Shown: positions 34,234 to 43,616 of the stretch, one piece after another | Layout of the letters: the number at the start of each line of letters is the position of its first letter | Position numbering within the stretch: position 1 is the first letter of the stretch | Origin: an uncultured Collinsella sp. | Lineage (GTDB): Bacteria > Actinomycetota > Coriobacteriia > Coriobacteriales > Coriobacteriaceae | Length of the DNA: 64,000 nucleotides | Assembly (NCBI GenBank): GCA_900541015.1 | Contig: UQIB01000001.1 | Location: 23,519 to 87,518, forward strand | Direction of reading: 5' to 3' | The notes under the pieces: model-generated | Told to the model about the DNA's origin: nothing | Databases searched by the model: none | Seen by the model: the letters and a program-made list of their open reading frames with translations, nothing else | Made by a program: the position numbers and the translations under genes

Positions 34234-34956
34234 TTGTCCGACATCCGATATAAACGCGTGCTTCTTAAGCTTTCCGGCGAAGCGCTGATGGGCGACGGCC
34301 AATATGGCATCGACCCCAAGGTTACCGACCATCTTGCTAAGCAGGTCAAGGAGCTGCTCGCCGTTGGCCATGAGGTCGGCGTCGTTGTCGGCGGCGGCAA
34401 TATTTTCCGCGGCATGGCTGGCGCTGCCGGTGGCATGGAGCGTGCTCAGGCCGACTACATGGGCATGCTGGCAACCGTTATGAACGCGCTCGCCCTGCAG
34501 GATGCCTTCGAGCATAACGATGTTCCCTGCCGCGTGATGAGCGCTATCCAGATGAACGAGATCTGCGAGCCCTATATTCGCCGTCGCGCCATCAACCACC
34601 TTTCCAAGGGCAACGTCGTTATTTTTGCCGCCGGTTCGGGCAATCCGTACTTTACGACCGACACCGCCGCGGCTCTTCGTGCGTGCGAGATCGGCGCCGA
34701 GATTCTGATTAAAGCCACCAAGGTTGACGGCATCTACGATAAGGATCCCGTCAAGTGCGCCGACGCCGTCCGTTTTGACAAGATTACCTATCACGAGGTT
34801 CTCGTCCGCGGTCTGCAGGTTATGGATTCCACGGCTACGGCACTGTGCCAGGACAACCGTATGCCGATTTTGGTCCTCAACATCGATGGCGAGGACACCG
34901 TCAAGCGCGCGCTTTCGGGTGAGCCCGTCGGCACGCTCGTCTATCAGGAGGATTAA
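34234..34956 (+). CDS. pyrH: UMP kinase
   Basis: [11 protein letters not shown]...[10 protein letters not shown] motifs. Confidence 0.92.
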   Translation: MSDIRYKRVLLKLSGEALMGDGQYGIDPKVTDHLAKQVKELLAVGHEVGVVVGGGNIFRGMAGAAGGMERAQADYMGMLATVMNALALQDAFEHNDVPCRVMSAIQMNEICEPYIRRRAINHLSKGNVVIFAAGSGNPYFTTDTAAALRACEIGAEILIKATKVDGIYDKDPVKCADAVRFDKITYHEVLVRGLQVMDSTATALCQDNRMPILVLNIDGEDTVKRALSGEPVGTLVYQED

Positions 34957-34958
34957 GC

Positions 34959-35495
34959 ATGGCAGAGAACATCACCGCCCATATGGACAAGTCGCTCGAG
35001 TCCCTCAAGCATAACTTCTCCAAGGTCCGTACCGGCCGCGCCAATGCCAACATTCTGTCCGACATCACCGTCGATTATTACGGTGTTCCCACGCCGGTCA
35101 CGCAGGTTGCCGCCGTCAAGACCCCCGAGGCCCACATGCTGCTCATCGAGCCATGGGACAAGGCGCTCATCAACGCTATCGTCAAGGCCATCGGCGCTTC
35201 CGATCTGGGTATTACCCCCAACTCCGATGGCACCGTCGTTCGTCTGCCGTTCCCGGCTCCCACCGAGGAGCGCCGTCGCGAGCTCGTCAAGGAGTGCCGC
35301 GAGTACGCCGAGCAGGCCAAGGTGTCTATCCGTAACATCCGTCGCGACTTCAACAACAAGCTCGAGCGCGATGAGGAGCTCACCGAGGACGATGTCCGTC
35401 GCGAGCAGGCTAAGGTCCAGAAGCACACCGATGAGTATGTCGCCAAGGTCGAGGAGCTTCTGAAGGAAAAAGAAGCCGAGGTCATGGAGATCTAA
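34959..35495 (+). CDS. frr: ribosome recycling factor
   Basis: Conserved RRF sequence; pyrH-frr order. Confidence 0.92.
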   Translation: MAENITAHMDKSLESLKHNFSKVRTGRANANILSDITVDYYGVPTPVTQVAAVKTPEAHMLLIEPWDKALINAIVKAIGASDLGITPNSDGTVVRLPFPAPTEERRRELVKECREYAEQAKVSIRNIRRDFNNKLERDEELTEDDVRREQAKVQKHTDEYVAKVEELLKEKEAEVMEI

Positions 35496-35496
35496 G

Positions 35497-36291
35497 GTGC
35501 AATACGACGAGCATAAACTGGTCGAGTACTTTGCCGACGCCCCTGCGGGCGTCGGTTTTTCCGACCTTGACCTCAATAACATTCCGCACCATATCTCGTG
35601 CATCATGGACGGCAACGGTCGTTGGGCCACGTCGCGCGGTCTTGCACGCACCGAGGGCCACAAGGCGGGTATCGTCTCGCTGCGCGAGATCATTACCGCC
35701 TGCGTGCGCCTGGGCGTCGACGTGCTTTCGGCCTATGCGTTTTCTACCGAAAACTGGAACCGCCCGCAGCATGAGGTCAACGTCTTGATGCACCTGTTTG
35801 CCAAGACGTTCATCGACGAGTTGCCGCTTCTGAAGCGCGAAAACGTGCGCGTTGTCTTTTTGGGTGATATTTCCGCGCTGCCCAAGAAGACCCGCGACGT
35901 TTTTGAACGCGGTCTTGCCGAGTGCGCCGATCACACCGGTATGACGCTGGCGCTTGCTGTCAACTACGGCGCGCGTGCCGAGATTACCCGCGCTGTCCGT
36001 CAGATCGCGCTCGACGTTGCCGCCGGTAAGATTGATCCTGCCGCAATTGATGACGACATGGTGGCTTCTCACCTTTATACCGCCGGTCTTCCCGATCCTG
36101 AGCTTGTGATTCGCACCTCTGGTGAGCTGCGCCTTTCGAACTATCTGCTGTGGCAGGTGGCTTATTCCGAGTTCTACGTCACCGATACCTATTGGCCCGA
36201 CTTTGATCGTTGGGGCCTTGTCGACGCCATTTTGGCCTATCAGGGCCGTGACCGTAGGTTTGGTGGTCTGAGCAAGACCGAGGAGGCTTAA
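35497..36291 (+). CDS. uppS: undecaprenyl diphosphate synthase
   Basis: HISCIMDGNGRWA and RTSGELRLSNYLLWQ motifs; GTG start. Confidence 0.9.
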   Translation: MQYDEHKLVEYFADAPAGVGFSDLDLNNIPHHISCIMDGNGRWATSRGLARTEGHKAGIVSLREIITACVRLGVDVLSAYAFSTENWNRPQHEVNVLMHLFAKTFIDELPLLKRENVRVVFLGDISALPKKTRDVFERGLAECADHTGMTLALAVNYGARAEITRAVRQIALDVAAGKIDPAAIDDDMVASHLYTAGLPDPELVIRTSGELRLSNYLLWQVAYSEFYVTDTYWPDFDRWGLVDAILAYQGRDRRFGGLSKTEEA

Positions 36292-36293
36292 TC

Positions 36294-37193
36294 GTGTCCG
36301 ATCGTCCCAAGGCAATTGCTCCCAAGACATCTGAGCGCAAGGCTGTCGCTGCGGGAGCGCCCGCAGCGAAGAATGGCACCGGTTCGTGGCTTGCCGGCTT
36401 TATCACCCGTGCCGCCGCCGGTATCGTCTATGCCGTTGTCTTTATCCTGTGCCTGGTTTTGGGTATTGTGCCCACGGCCATCTTTGTTTCTGTCATGAGC
36501 GGCCTGTGCTGCTATGAGTTTTTCCGTATGACGAGGCTCGATGGCAAGATGGCTAACGAGCGCATGGGTATCGCTGCCGCCGTACTCTTTCCGCTGTCGG
36601 CGTTGGGCGATTCGATGTTGCTGAATGCCCTGCTTTTTGCCCTGATGCTCGCTGTGGGCATTTGGTATGTTTGGTCGCCGCGTACCCGCATCTCTGATGT
36701 GGCCGTGACGCTCATGGGTCCCATCTACACTGGCTTTATGCTGTCGGCTATCGTGCTGCTGCGCGATGCCGTGCCCGGTTTTGCCGGCGCCCTGCTTTCG
36801 GTGGGCGTTTGCGCGTCCCTTTGGGTCTCCGATTCGTTTGCCTACATCGTGGGTAGCCGTATCGGCAAGCACAAGATGGTTCCCAAGATCTCTCCCAAAA
36901 AGAGCTGGGAGGGGTTTGTCGGCGGCATCCTGGGCTCGGTTTTGATTTGGCTCATCCTGTGGGCGACGCACTTCTACAAGCTCAGCCTGCCCTATGCGCT
37001 GCTGTGCGGCGTGGTCGTGTCCGTCCTGGGCGTTATCGGAGACCTCATCGAGTCGCGCATCAAGCGCGGTGTGGGCGTTAAGGATTCCGGTAACCTTATC
37101 CCGGGCCACGGCGGCATGCTCGATCGTAGCGATTCGCTTATCTTTGGCTGCATTACCGCGCAGCTGCTTTTGATGATCGGAGGCGTGCTGTAA
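36294..37193 (+). CDS. cdsA: phosphatidate cytidylyltransferase
   Basis: Polytopic membrane protein with C-terminal SRIKRGVGVKDSGNLIPGHGGMLDRSDSL CTP-transferase motif. Confidence 0.88.
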   Translation: MSDRPKAIAPKTSERKAVAAGAPAAKNGTGSWLAGFITRAAAGIVYAVVFILCLVLGIVPTAIFVSVMSGLCCYEFFRMTRLDGKMANERMGIAAAVLFPLSALGDSMLLNALLFALMLAVGIWYVWSPRTRISDVAVTLMGPIYTGFMLSAIVLLRDAVPGFAGALLSVGVCASLWVSDSFAYIVGSRIGKHKMVPKISPKKSWEGFVGGILGSVLIWLILWATHFYKLSLPYALLCGVVVSVLGVIGDLIESRIKRGVGVKDSGNLIPGHGGMLDRSDSLIFGCITAQLLLMIGGVL

Positions 37194-38380
37194 TGTCCTT
37201 CCAGACGACGTATGGCCCCGATGGACGTCTCCGTGTTGCCATCCTGGGTTGTACGGGCTCTATCGGCACCCAGGCGCTCGATGTGTGCCGCCAGCATGCC
37301 GATCGCCTGCAGGTGACGGCGCTGTCCGTTAACTCCAGTACCTCCGAGCTCGTTGCCGCTGCCCGCGAGTTCTCGGTTCCAGCGGTTGCCGTGGCCGATG
37401 TCGCTCATGGCGATGACGCCGTGCTGCAGGAGTTGCCCGAGGGAACGAAGCTCGGCGTTGGCGCGCAGGCGGTTTGCGAGCTCGCGCGTCGCGACGATGT
37501 CGACTGCGTGCTCGTCGCTATTGTGGGCGCCGCCGGTCTCGAGGCGAGCCATGCGGCCTTGACCTCGAATAAGCGTCTTGCCCTTGCCAACAAGGAGTCC
37601 CTCGTCGTCGGCGGCGACTTGCTTATGCCGTTGGCGCAACCGGGCCAGCTTATTCCAGTCGACTCTGAGCACTCCGCCATCTACCAGTGCTATCTGGGGG
37701 AGAACCCACGCGAGGCTCATTGTATTTGGCTCACCTGCTCGGGCGGTCCGTTCTTTGGCCGCACCCGCGACGAGCTCGACCGCGTGACGCGTGCCGATGC
37801 CCTCGCACATCCCACGTGGGCCATGGGTGCCAAGATCACCATCGACTCCGCCACCCTCATGAACAAGGGCCTGGAGCGCATTGAGGCCATGCATCTGTTT
37901 AACTGCGACCTCGATTTCATTAACGTGGTCGTGCAGCGTCAGTCCAAGATTCACTCTATGGTCGAGTTCGCCGACGGCTCCGTGATGGCGCATCTCGGTG
38001 CTTCCGACATGCGTATTCCCATCCAGTTCGCGTTCTCGTATCCCGAGCGTTGGGATACCCCGGCGCCTCGTATCGATTTCCGCGAGCTGGGGCAGCTCAC
38101 GTTTGATGCTGCCGACATGGATACCTTCCGCTGTCTGGCACTGGCCGAACGTGCCGGCAAGACGGGTGGCACCATGCCGTGCGTGCTCAATGCCGCCAAC
38201 GAGGTCGCCGTCGATGCCTTCCTGAACGATGGCTGCAGCTTTACCGATATCGATCGCATTGTGGAATCCTGCATGGATTCCCACGATATGCAGGCGGTCG
38301 ATTCGTTTGAGCAGCTTCGCGACATCGATGCATGGGCGCGTGAAAAGGCTGCGCAGGTGCTCGCCGCAACCCGTTCCTAA
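37193..38380 (+). CDS. dxr: 1-deoxy-D-xylulose 5-phosphate reductoisomerase
   Basis: VAILGCTGSIGTQALDV NADPH motif; LANKESLV. Confidence 0.92.
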   Translation: MSFQTTYGPDGRLRVAILGCTGSIGTQALDVCRQHADRLQVTALSVNSSTSELVAAAREFSVPAVAVADVAHGDDAVLQELPEGTKLGVGAQAVCELARRDDVDCVLVAIVGAAGLEASHAALTSNKRLALANKESLVVGGDLLMPLAQPGQLIPVDSEHSAIYQCYLGENPREAHCIWLTCSGGPFFGRTRDELDRVTRADALAHPTWAMGAKITIDSATLMNKGLERIEAMHLFNCDLDFINVVVQRQSKIHSMVEFADGSVMAHLGASDMRIPIQFAFSYPERWDTPAPRIDFRELGQLTFDAADMDTFRCLALAERAGKTGGTMPCVLNAANEVAVDAFLNDGCSFTDIDRIVESCMDSHDMQAVDSFEQLRDIDAWAREKAAQVLAATRS

Positions 38381-38390
38381 CCCATAAGGA

Positions 38391-39767
38391 TTGCTTTTTC
38401 GTTTTATGGATACTGTTCTGAGCGTTCTCTCATCGGTCTTTTGGGGCCTGCTGATGCTTTCCGTCCTTGTGTTTTTGCACGAGGGCGGCCACTTTTTGGC
38501 GGCGCGTGCCTGCGGCGTCCGCGTGACCGAGTTCTTTTTGGGCCTGCCGTGTCGCTTTGACATCCATTACACGTCACGTCGCATTGGAACCAAGTTTGGC
38601 GTGACCCCGCTGCTGCTGGGTGGCTACGCTGCCATCTGCGGTATGGATCCGACCGACGTCTCGTGCGCCGATCGCGTGCTCGCGGCTATCTATCGTCATG
38701 GTCGCGTGACCGTGGCCGACCTTGCCGCCGAGCTCGAGCTATCCGAGGAGGTTGTGCTCGAGGCATGCGCCTTGCTCTTGGGTTGGGGCTCTATCGCGCC
38801 TTGGTATGAGGAAGGGGAGAAGCCCTCGCCGAGCTACTATCCCGCCAAGTATCAGACGCTGCCACGAGATGCGGCGGGTTACACCACCTTTGACGGCCGC
38901 CGTTTCGATCGAGAGCATGCGACTACCGAGGGCGATGTGTGGGAGCTGCCGTGCGGCGAAGCCGAGTTCCTTGCGCAAGAGCGTTCGCATACCTATCTGG
39001 GCCAGGGTTTTCTCAAGCGCGCCTTTATGCTGCTCGCGGGCATTCTCGTCAATATCCTGACGGGCTTTTTGCTGCTTATGAGCATCTACTCTATTGCGGG
39101 TGTCACCGTGCCGATGGATACCAACGTGATCGGTCAGGTTGACGAGGGGTCTATTGCCGCCAAGGCGGGTATCGAGGGCGGCGACGCGATCCTTTCGGTT
39201 GACGGAGTATCGTGCTCTACCTGGATGGACGTTTACGATGCCATCGGCAAGGCCGCCGGTAAGGACGATATCGCCATTGAGTATGAGCGCGACGGCAAGC
39301 AGCATTCGACCTCGGTTGCGCTCAAAGAGGACGAGCGCCTAGGTGTGTATGCCTCTACGCAGGTGGTCCGTTTAGACCCCATCACGTCGGCTCGCCTTTC
39401 GTTCTCCTATGTCGTGCAGACAGCGGAGGGCGTGATGCGCCTGCTCCAGCCGCAGCATACGATGGAGATTCTCGATCAGTCTTCTTCGATCGTGGGCATT
39501 AGCGTTATGTCCTCACAGGCTGCTGCTGCCGGCCCTGCCACGTTCCTTTCGTTTGCCGCCCTCATTTCGTTCTCGCTTGGCTTTATGAACCTGCTGCCCA
39601 TCCCACCACTCGATGGCGGCAAGCTGGTCATCGAGATCATTCAAAAGATTGCTGGCCGCGAGCTTCCGCTCAAGGTCCAGACGATTGTGAGCTATGTGGG
39701 CATCGCGCTCTTTGCGCTGCTGTTTGTCTATATGCTTCGTACCGACGTCCTTCGATTTATCCTGTAG
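38391..39767 (+). CDS. rseP: site-2 (RIP) zinc metalloprotease RseP/RasP with one PDZ domain
   Basis: HEGGHF zincin motif in TM1, LLGGY, PDZ segment, and C-terminal LDGG motif. Confidence 0.85.
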   Translation: MLFRFMDTVLSVLSSVFWGLLMLSVLVFLHEGGHFLAARACGVRVTEFFLGLPCRFDIHYTSRRIGTKFGVTPLLLGGYAAICGMDPTDVSCADRVLAAIYRHGRVTVADLAAELELSEEVVLEACALLLGWGSIAPWYEEGEKPSPSYYPAKYQTLPRDAAGYTTFDGRRFDREHATTEGDVWELPCGEAEFLAQERSHTYLGQGFLKRAFMLLAGILVNILTGFLLLMSIYSIAGVTVPMDTNVIGQVDEGSIAAKAGIEGGDAILSVDGVSCSTWMDVYDAIGKAAGKDDIAIEYERDGKQHSTSVALKEDERLGVYASTQVVRLDPITSARLSFSYVVQTAEGVMRLLQPQHTMEILDQSSSIVGISVMSSQAAAAGPATFLSFAALISFSLGFMNLLPIPPLDGGKLVIEIIQKIAGRELPLKVQTIVSYVGIALFALLFVYMLRTDVLRFIL

Positions 39768-39780
39768 GGGAGTGTTTGGA

Positions 39781-40863
39781 TTGTCTTTATCCCATCCTTT
39801 GCCTCGCGAGTTGACGCGCCCCGTGCATGTGGGCGGTGTGCAGATCGGTGGCGGCGCGCCGGTGGTGGTCCAATCCATGACCTGCACCGATACCGCTGAC
39901 GCCCAGGCAACGCTTGCGCAAGTGTGCGCGTTGGCGCAGGCTGGCTGCGATATCGTGCGTGTGAGCGTGCCCACCGAGGCCGCGCTTGAGGGTTTCCGCA
40001 TCATCTGTGCCGAGTCTCCGGTGCCGATCGTCGCCGATATTCACTTTAACCATAAGCTCGCCATCGGCGCCGTCGAGGCTGGTGCCGCCAAGCTTCGCAT
40101 CAATCCCGGCAATATCGGCGATTGGGCTAAGGTCGACGCGGTGATTGATGCTGCGGGTGCTGCGGGCTGTGCGATTCGTATCGGCGTCAATGCCGGTTCG
40201 CTTGAGCAGGATATCGCCGAGCGCGATGACCTCACGCAGCCCGAAAAGCTCGTGATGTCGAGCGAGCGCTTTGTGCGGCACTTTGAGGATCGTGGGTTTA
40301 CCAACATAGTGCTTTCCGCCAAGGCCCATAGCGTACAGACGACGCTCGATACCTATCGAGCCCTGTCGCGTGAGATTCCCCACGTTCCGCTTCACCTGGG
40401 CGTGACGGAGGCGGGGACCAAGCTCCAGGGCACCATCAAGAGCTCTGTAGGCTTGGGTATCTTGCTTTCCGAAGGCATTGGCGACACCATGCGTGTGTCG
40501 CTCACAGCCGATCCGGTTGAGGAGCCGCCGGTTGCCTGGGGTATTCTGCAGTCGTTGGGCCTGCGTCGCCGTGGCCCCGAGATTGTCTCGTGCCCCACAT
40601 GCGCCCGCTGCCAGGTTAACCTTATTCCCATTGCCGAGGAGGTTACCGAGCGGCTTAAGAACTACTCCGCGCCGCTTTCGATCGCTGTGATGGGATGTGC
40701 CGTTAATGGCCCCGGCGAGGCTTCTGATGCCGATCTGGGCGTTGCTTGCGGACGTGGTCAGGCCTTGCTCTTTTCGCATGGCCAGATCATTGGTAAAGTA
40801 GCTGAGGACCAAATTGTCGACGCGCTTATGGCCGAGGTCGACAAGCTTATTGAGGAGAAATAA
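39781..40863 (+). CDS. ispG: 4-hydroxy-3-methylbut-2-enyl diphosphate synthase
   Basis: GGAPVVVQSMT, RVSVP and C-terminal CPTCARC Fe-S motif; TTG start 8 nt after GGGGAG (ORF track begins at 39694 inside rseP). Confidence 0.9.
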   Translation: MSLSHPLPRELTRPVHVGGVQIGGGAPVVVQSMTCTDTADAQATLAQVCALAQAGCDIVRVSVPTEAALEGFRIICAESPVPIVADIHFNHKLAIGAVEAGAAKLRINPGNIGDWAKVDAVIDAAGAAGCAIRIGVNAGSLEQDIAERDDLTQPEKLVMSSERFVRHFEDRGFTNIVLSAKAHSVQTTLDTYRALSREIPHVPLHLGVTEAGTKLQGTIKSSVGLGILLSEGIGDTMRVSLTADPVEEPPVAWGILQSLGLRRRGPEIVSCPTCARCQVNLIPIAEEVTERLKNYSAPLSIAVMGCAVNGPGEASDADLGVACGRGQALLFSHGQIIGKVAEDQIVDALMAEVDKLIEEK

Positions 40864-42585
40864 ATGACCCGAGCAATGTATATGTCTAAGCTTTATGCGC
40901 CGACGCTTAAAGAGGATCCGGCGGACGCTGAGCTCGCCAGCCACCGTCTGCTGCTCCGTGCCGGCATGATCCGCAAGGAGGCCGCCGGTCTATATTCCTA
41001 CCTGCCGCTTGCTTGGCGCTCGATTCGCAAGATCGAGAACATCGTGCGCGACGAGATGGACGCCGCCGGCGCCCAGGAGCTTATGATGCCTATCATGGTC
41101 GACGCCGAGTTGTGGCGCGAGTCCGGCCGCATCGACGCCTATGGTAAGGAGCTTGTGCGCTTTGACGACCGTCATGGTCGCGAGTTCGTCCTGGGCCCCA
41201 CGCACGAGGAGACCGTCACGGCCTTGGTGCGCAACGAGCTGCGCTCCTATAAGCAGCTGCCCGTCAACCTGTACCACATTCAGGACAAGTTCCGCGACGA
41301 GTTCCGCCCCCGCTTTGGCCTGATGCGCGGTCGCGAGTTCATCATGAAGGACGCCTACAGCTTCTCCGCCACGCAGGAGAGCCTGCAGGAGGAGTACGAC
41401 AAGATGAAGCAGGCCTACGCTAACATCTGCGAGCGCTGCTATATCAAGGCCCTGCCCGTTGTTGCCGACTCCGGTGAGATCGGTGGCGATACCTCCGTCG
41501 AATACATGGCTTTGGCTGACGCCGGCGAGGCTTCGCTCGTCTACTGCGACGATTGCGGCTTCGCTGCCGACGATGAGGCCGCAAGCACCAAGGTCGTTGT
41601 GACCGAGGGTCCTGGCGACGGTACGCTTACCAAGGTCGAGACTCCGGGCATGGGTACCATCGAGGCCGTTGCAAAGTTCTTCGGCTTCCCCGAGAACGGT
41701 ACGCGCAAGTCGCTGGCACTCATCGACGCCGAGGGTAAGCCCGTCGTGGCCATTGTTCCGGGCGACCACGAGCTCAACGATTGCAAGGCCGAGCATGTCT
41801 TTGGCAAGGGTTATCGCATGATGACCGACGAGGAGCTTCAGGCGAACGGTCTGCACAAGGGCTTTATCGGGCCGGTTAATCTGCCCGAGGGCATTCGTCT
41901 GGTCTGCGACGAGAGCCTGCGTGAGTCCAAGCAGTGGGCCTGCGGCGCCAATGAGGTCGACTATCACTTTACCGGTGCCTGCCCCGAGCGCGACTTTACC
42001 GTTGACGAGTGGGCCGACCTGGTTACCGTTGTCGCCGGCGATCCCTGCCCGCACTGCGGCAAGCCGCTCTCCGCAGCCCGCGGCATCGAGGTCTCTCAGG
42101 TCTTCCAGCTGGGCACCAAGTATTCCGAGGCCATGGGTGCCACCTTTATGGACGAGGACGGCAAGGAGAAGCCGCTCATCATGGGTTGCTATGGCGTGGG
42201 CGTGTCCCGCTCGCTCGCTGCGGTCGTGGAGCAGCACAACGACGAGCATGGCATTGTCTGGCCGGTCTCCGTTGCCCCGTACGAGGTCGCGGTGATTCCG
42301 CTCGATCCCAAGAAGGAGGAGTGCGCTACCGTCTGCGAGCAGATCGTTGATGGCCTGTGCGCCGAGGGTATCGAGGTCGTCGTCGACGACCGCGACGAGC
42401 GTCCCGGCTTTAAGTTTGCCGACAACGACCTTATGGGCTTCCCGTATCAGGTCGTTCTGGGTAAGCGTGGCCTTAAGAATGGCACCGTTGAGCTCAAGGA
42501 CCGTGCCACGGGTGAGCGCGAGGATGTGGCGATCGACGAGGTCGTCGCCAAGGTCGCCGAGCTTGTGAAGGCAGCACGCCGTTAA
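40864..42585 (+). CDS. proS: proline--tRNA ligase (bacterial type with editing domain)
   Basis: Class II motifs, editing INS region, YAPTLKEDPADAE N-terminus. Confidence 0.92.
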   Translation: MTRAMYMSKLYAPTLKEDPADAELASHRLLLRAGMIRKEAAGLYSYLPLAWRSIRKIENIVRDEMDAAGAQELMMPIMVDAELWRESGRIDAYGKELVRFDDRHGREFVLGPTHEETVTALVRNELRSYKQLPVNLYHIQDKFRDEFRPRFGLMRGREFIMKDAYSFSATQESLQEEYDKMKQAYANICERCYIKALPVVADSGEIGGDTSVEYMALADAGEASLVYCDDCGFAADDEAASTKVVVTEGPGDGTLTKVETPGMGTIEAVAKFFGFPENGTRKSLALIDAEGKPVVAIVPGDHELNDCKAEHVFGKGYRMMTDEELQANGLHKGFIGPVNLPEGIRLVCDESLRESKQWACGANEVDYHFTGACPERDFTVDEWADLVTVVAGDPCPHCGKPLSAARGIEVSQVFQLGTKYSEAMGATFMDEDGKEKPLIMGCYGVGVSRSLAAVVEQHNDEHGIVWPVSVAPYEVAVIPLDPKKEECATVCEQIVDGLCAEGIEVVVDDRDERPGFKFADNDLMGFPYQVVLGKRGLKNGTVELKDRATGEREDVAIDEVVAKVAELVKAARR

Positions 42586-42606
42586 TCGACGATTTCGCTT
42601 GTAGTT

Positions 42607-42657
42607 CGATAGACGGGACGGCCCCGCATTTCTCCAGATCGGGGAGATGCGGGGCCG
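42607..42657 (+). terminator. strong intrinsic terminator after proS
   Basis: 14-bp perfect stem GGACGGCCCCGCAT...ATGCGGGGCCGTCC followed by TTTTAT. Confidence 0.85.
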
Positions 42658-42682
42658 TCCTTTTATCTTGTGGCATCCTCGA

Positions 42683-42729
42683 TATCTAAAAGGAAAACCC
42701 CATAGCCCATGAGAGCTGCGGGGTTTTCC
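42683..42729 (-). terminator. intrinsic terminator for the − strand phosphotransferase gene
   Basis: 10-bp perfect stem GGAAAACCCC...GGGGTTTTCC with a U-tract on the − strand. Confidence 0.75.
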
Positions 42730-42763
42730 TTGTGCCTCCGATGCGAAATAAATCGCTCAGATA

Positions 42764-43528
42764 TTACTGATAATCGACGACGTCGATCCAGTTCTTCAGG
42801 AACTCATCGTTCACGTTGCGCTTACGAGCGAGCTCGGAAGCGGCGACGATGCTCGTCCACTGACGCATGACCTGCATGGGCATGTCGGCGCGGTCGCAGT
42901 AGAGCTCCAGGTAGGCCTCGGCCTGATCCTTGCTGTTGAGGGCAAAGAGCAGGTAGGTGGTGGCAACGTCGGCAGCAGGGGAGCCCTGGGTGGCGTGTGC
43001 CCAGTCGCACACATAGAGCTGGCCGTCGTCGCCGACGATGACGTTGGAGGGGTTGAAGTCGCCGTGGCAGACCTTGAACTCCTTGGTCATGCCGTCCAGA
43101 CGCTCCTGAAGGTTGTAGCGCGTGGTGGCATTGAGCTGATCAAGGCTGTCGATCATGCGGGCGTACTTGTCGCGCTGACGGTTGAGCAGCGGGGAGGTGT
43201 AGCCGTGGATCTCGATCTGGAGGTCGACGAACATCTCGAGGTACTCACCAAAGCGCTGGGGCTCGGCAGTCATCTTCTCGGCAAGGGTGGTGCCCGGAAC
43301 CTTCTCGGTCACGAGCGCCCAGCCGTTGGCGTTCTCGAGCTGGGAAACCTCGAGAGCCTTGGGGCTGCGGATGCCGCACTCATTGATGCGGGCAAGATTC
43401 AAAGCCTCGTTGAACACGTCGGAGACAGGCTTGGTCTCGTTAAAGACCTTAACGATCTTGTCGCCCAGGTCGTAAACGACCTTGTTGCCACGGCGGACGA
43501 GCTCGGTCTTGGAATCGGGTAGCAGCAT
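42764..43528 (-). CDS. aminoglycoside/choline-kinase-type phosphotransferase family protein (APH fold), substrate unknown
   Basis: Brenner motif VCHGDFNPSNVIV and downstream YVCDWAHA; N-terminal Lys-containing lobe; 254 aa. Confidence 0.7.
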   Translation of the reverse strand: MLLPDSKTELVRRGNKVVYDLGDKIVKVFNETKPVSDVFNEALNLARINECGIRSPKALEVSQLENANGWALVTEKVPGTTLAEKMTAEPQRFGEYLEMFVDLQIEIHGYTSPLLNRQRDKYARMIDSLDQLNATTRYNLQERLDGMTKEFKVCHGDFNPSNVIVGDDGQLYVCDWAHATQGSPAADVATTYLLFALNSKDQAEAYLELYCDRADMPMQVMRQWTSIVAASELARKRNVNDEFLKNWIDVVDYQ

Positions 43529-43560
43529 GGTTGCATCCTTTCAACGATGCGATAGAAGCG

Positions 43561-43599
43561 ACGGCGGGGGTGTGTGAAACACCCGTGCACCCCCGCCGT
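43561..43599 (-). other. GC-rich 12-bp perfect hairpin without a U-tract between adhE and the phosphotransferase gene
   Basis: ACGGCGGGGGTG...CACCCCCGCCGT inverted repeat seen in sequence. Confidence 0.5.
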
Positions 43600-43616
43600 T
43601 AAAAACCGTGCTAAAA

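Noticed and set aside
38650-39050. Apparent ~150-aa insertion between TM1 and TM2 of RseP.
   Set aside because: The segment contains the conserved LLGGY/GGF motif also present in Bacillus RasP, which has a similarly long TM1-TM2 region. It is a normal feature of Gram-positive site-2 proteases.
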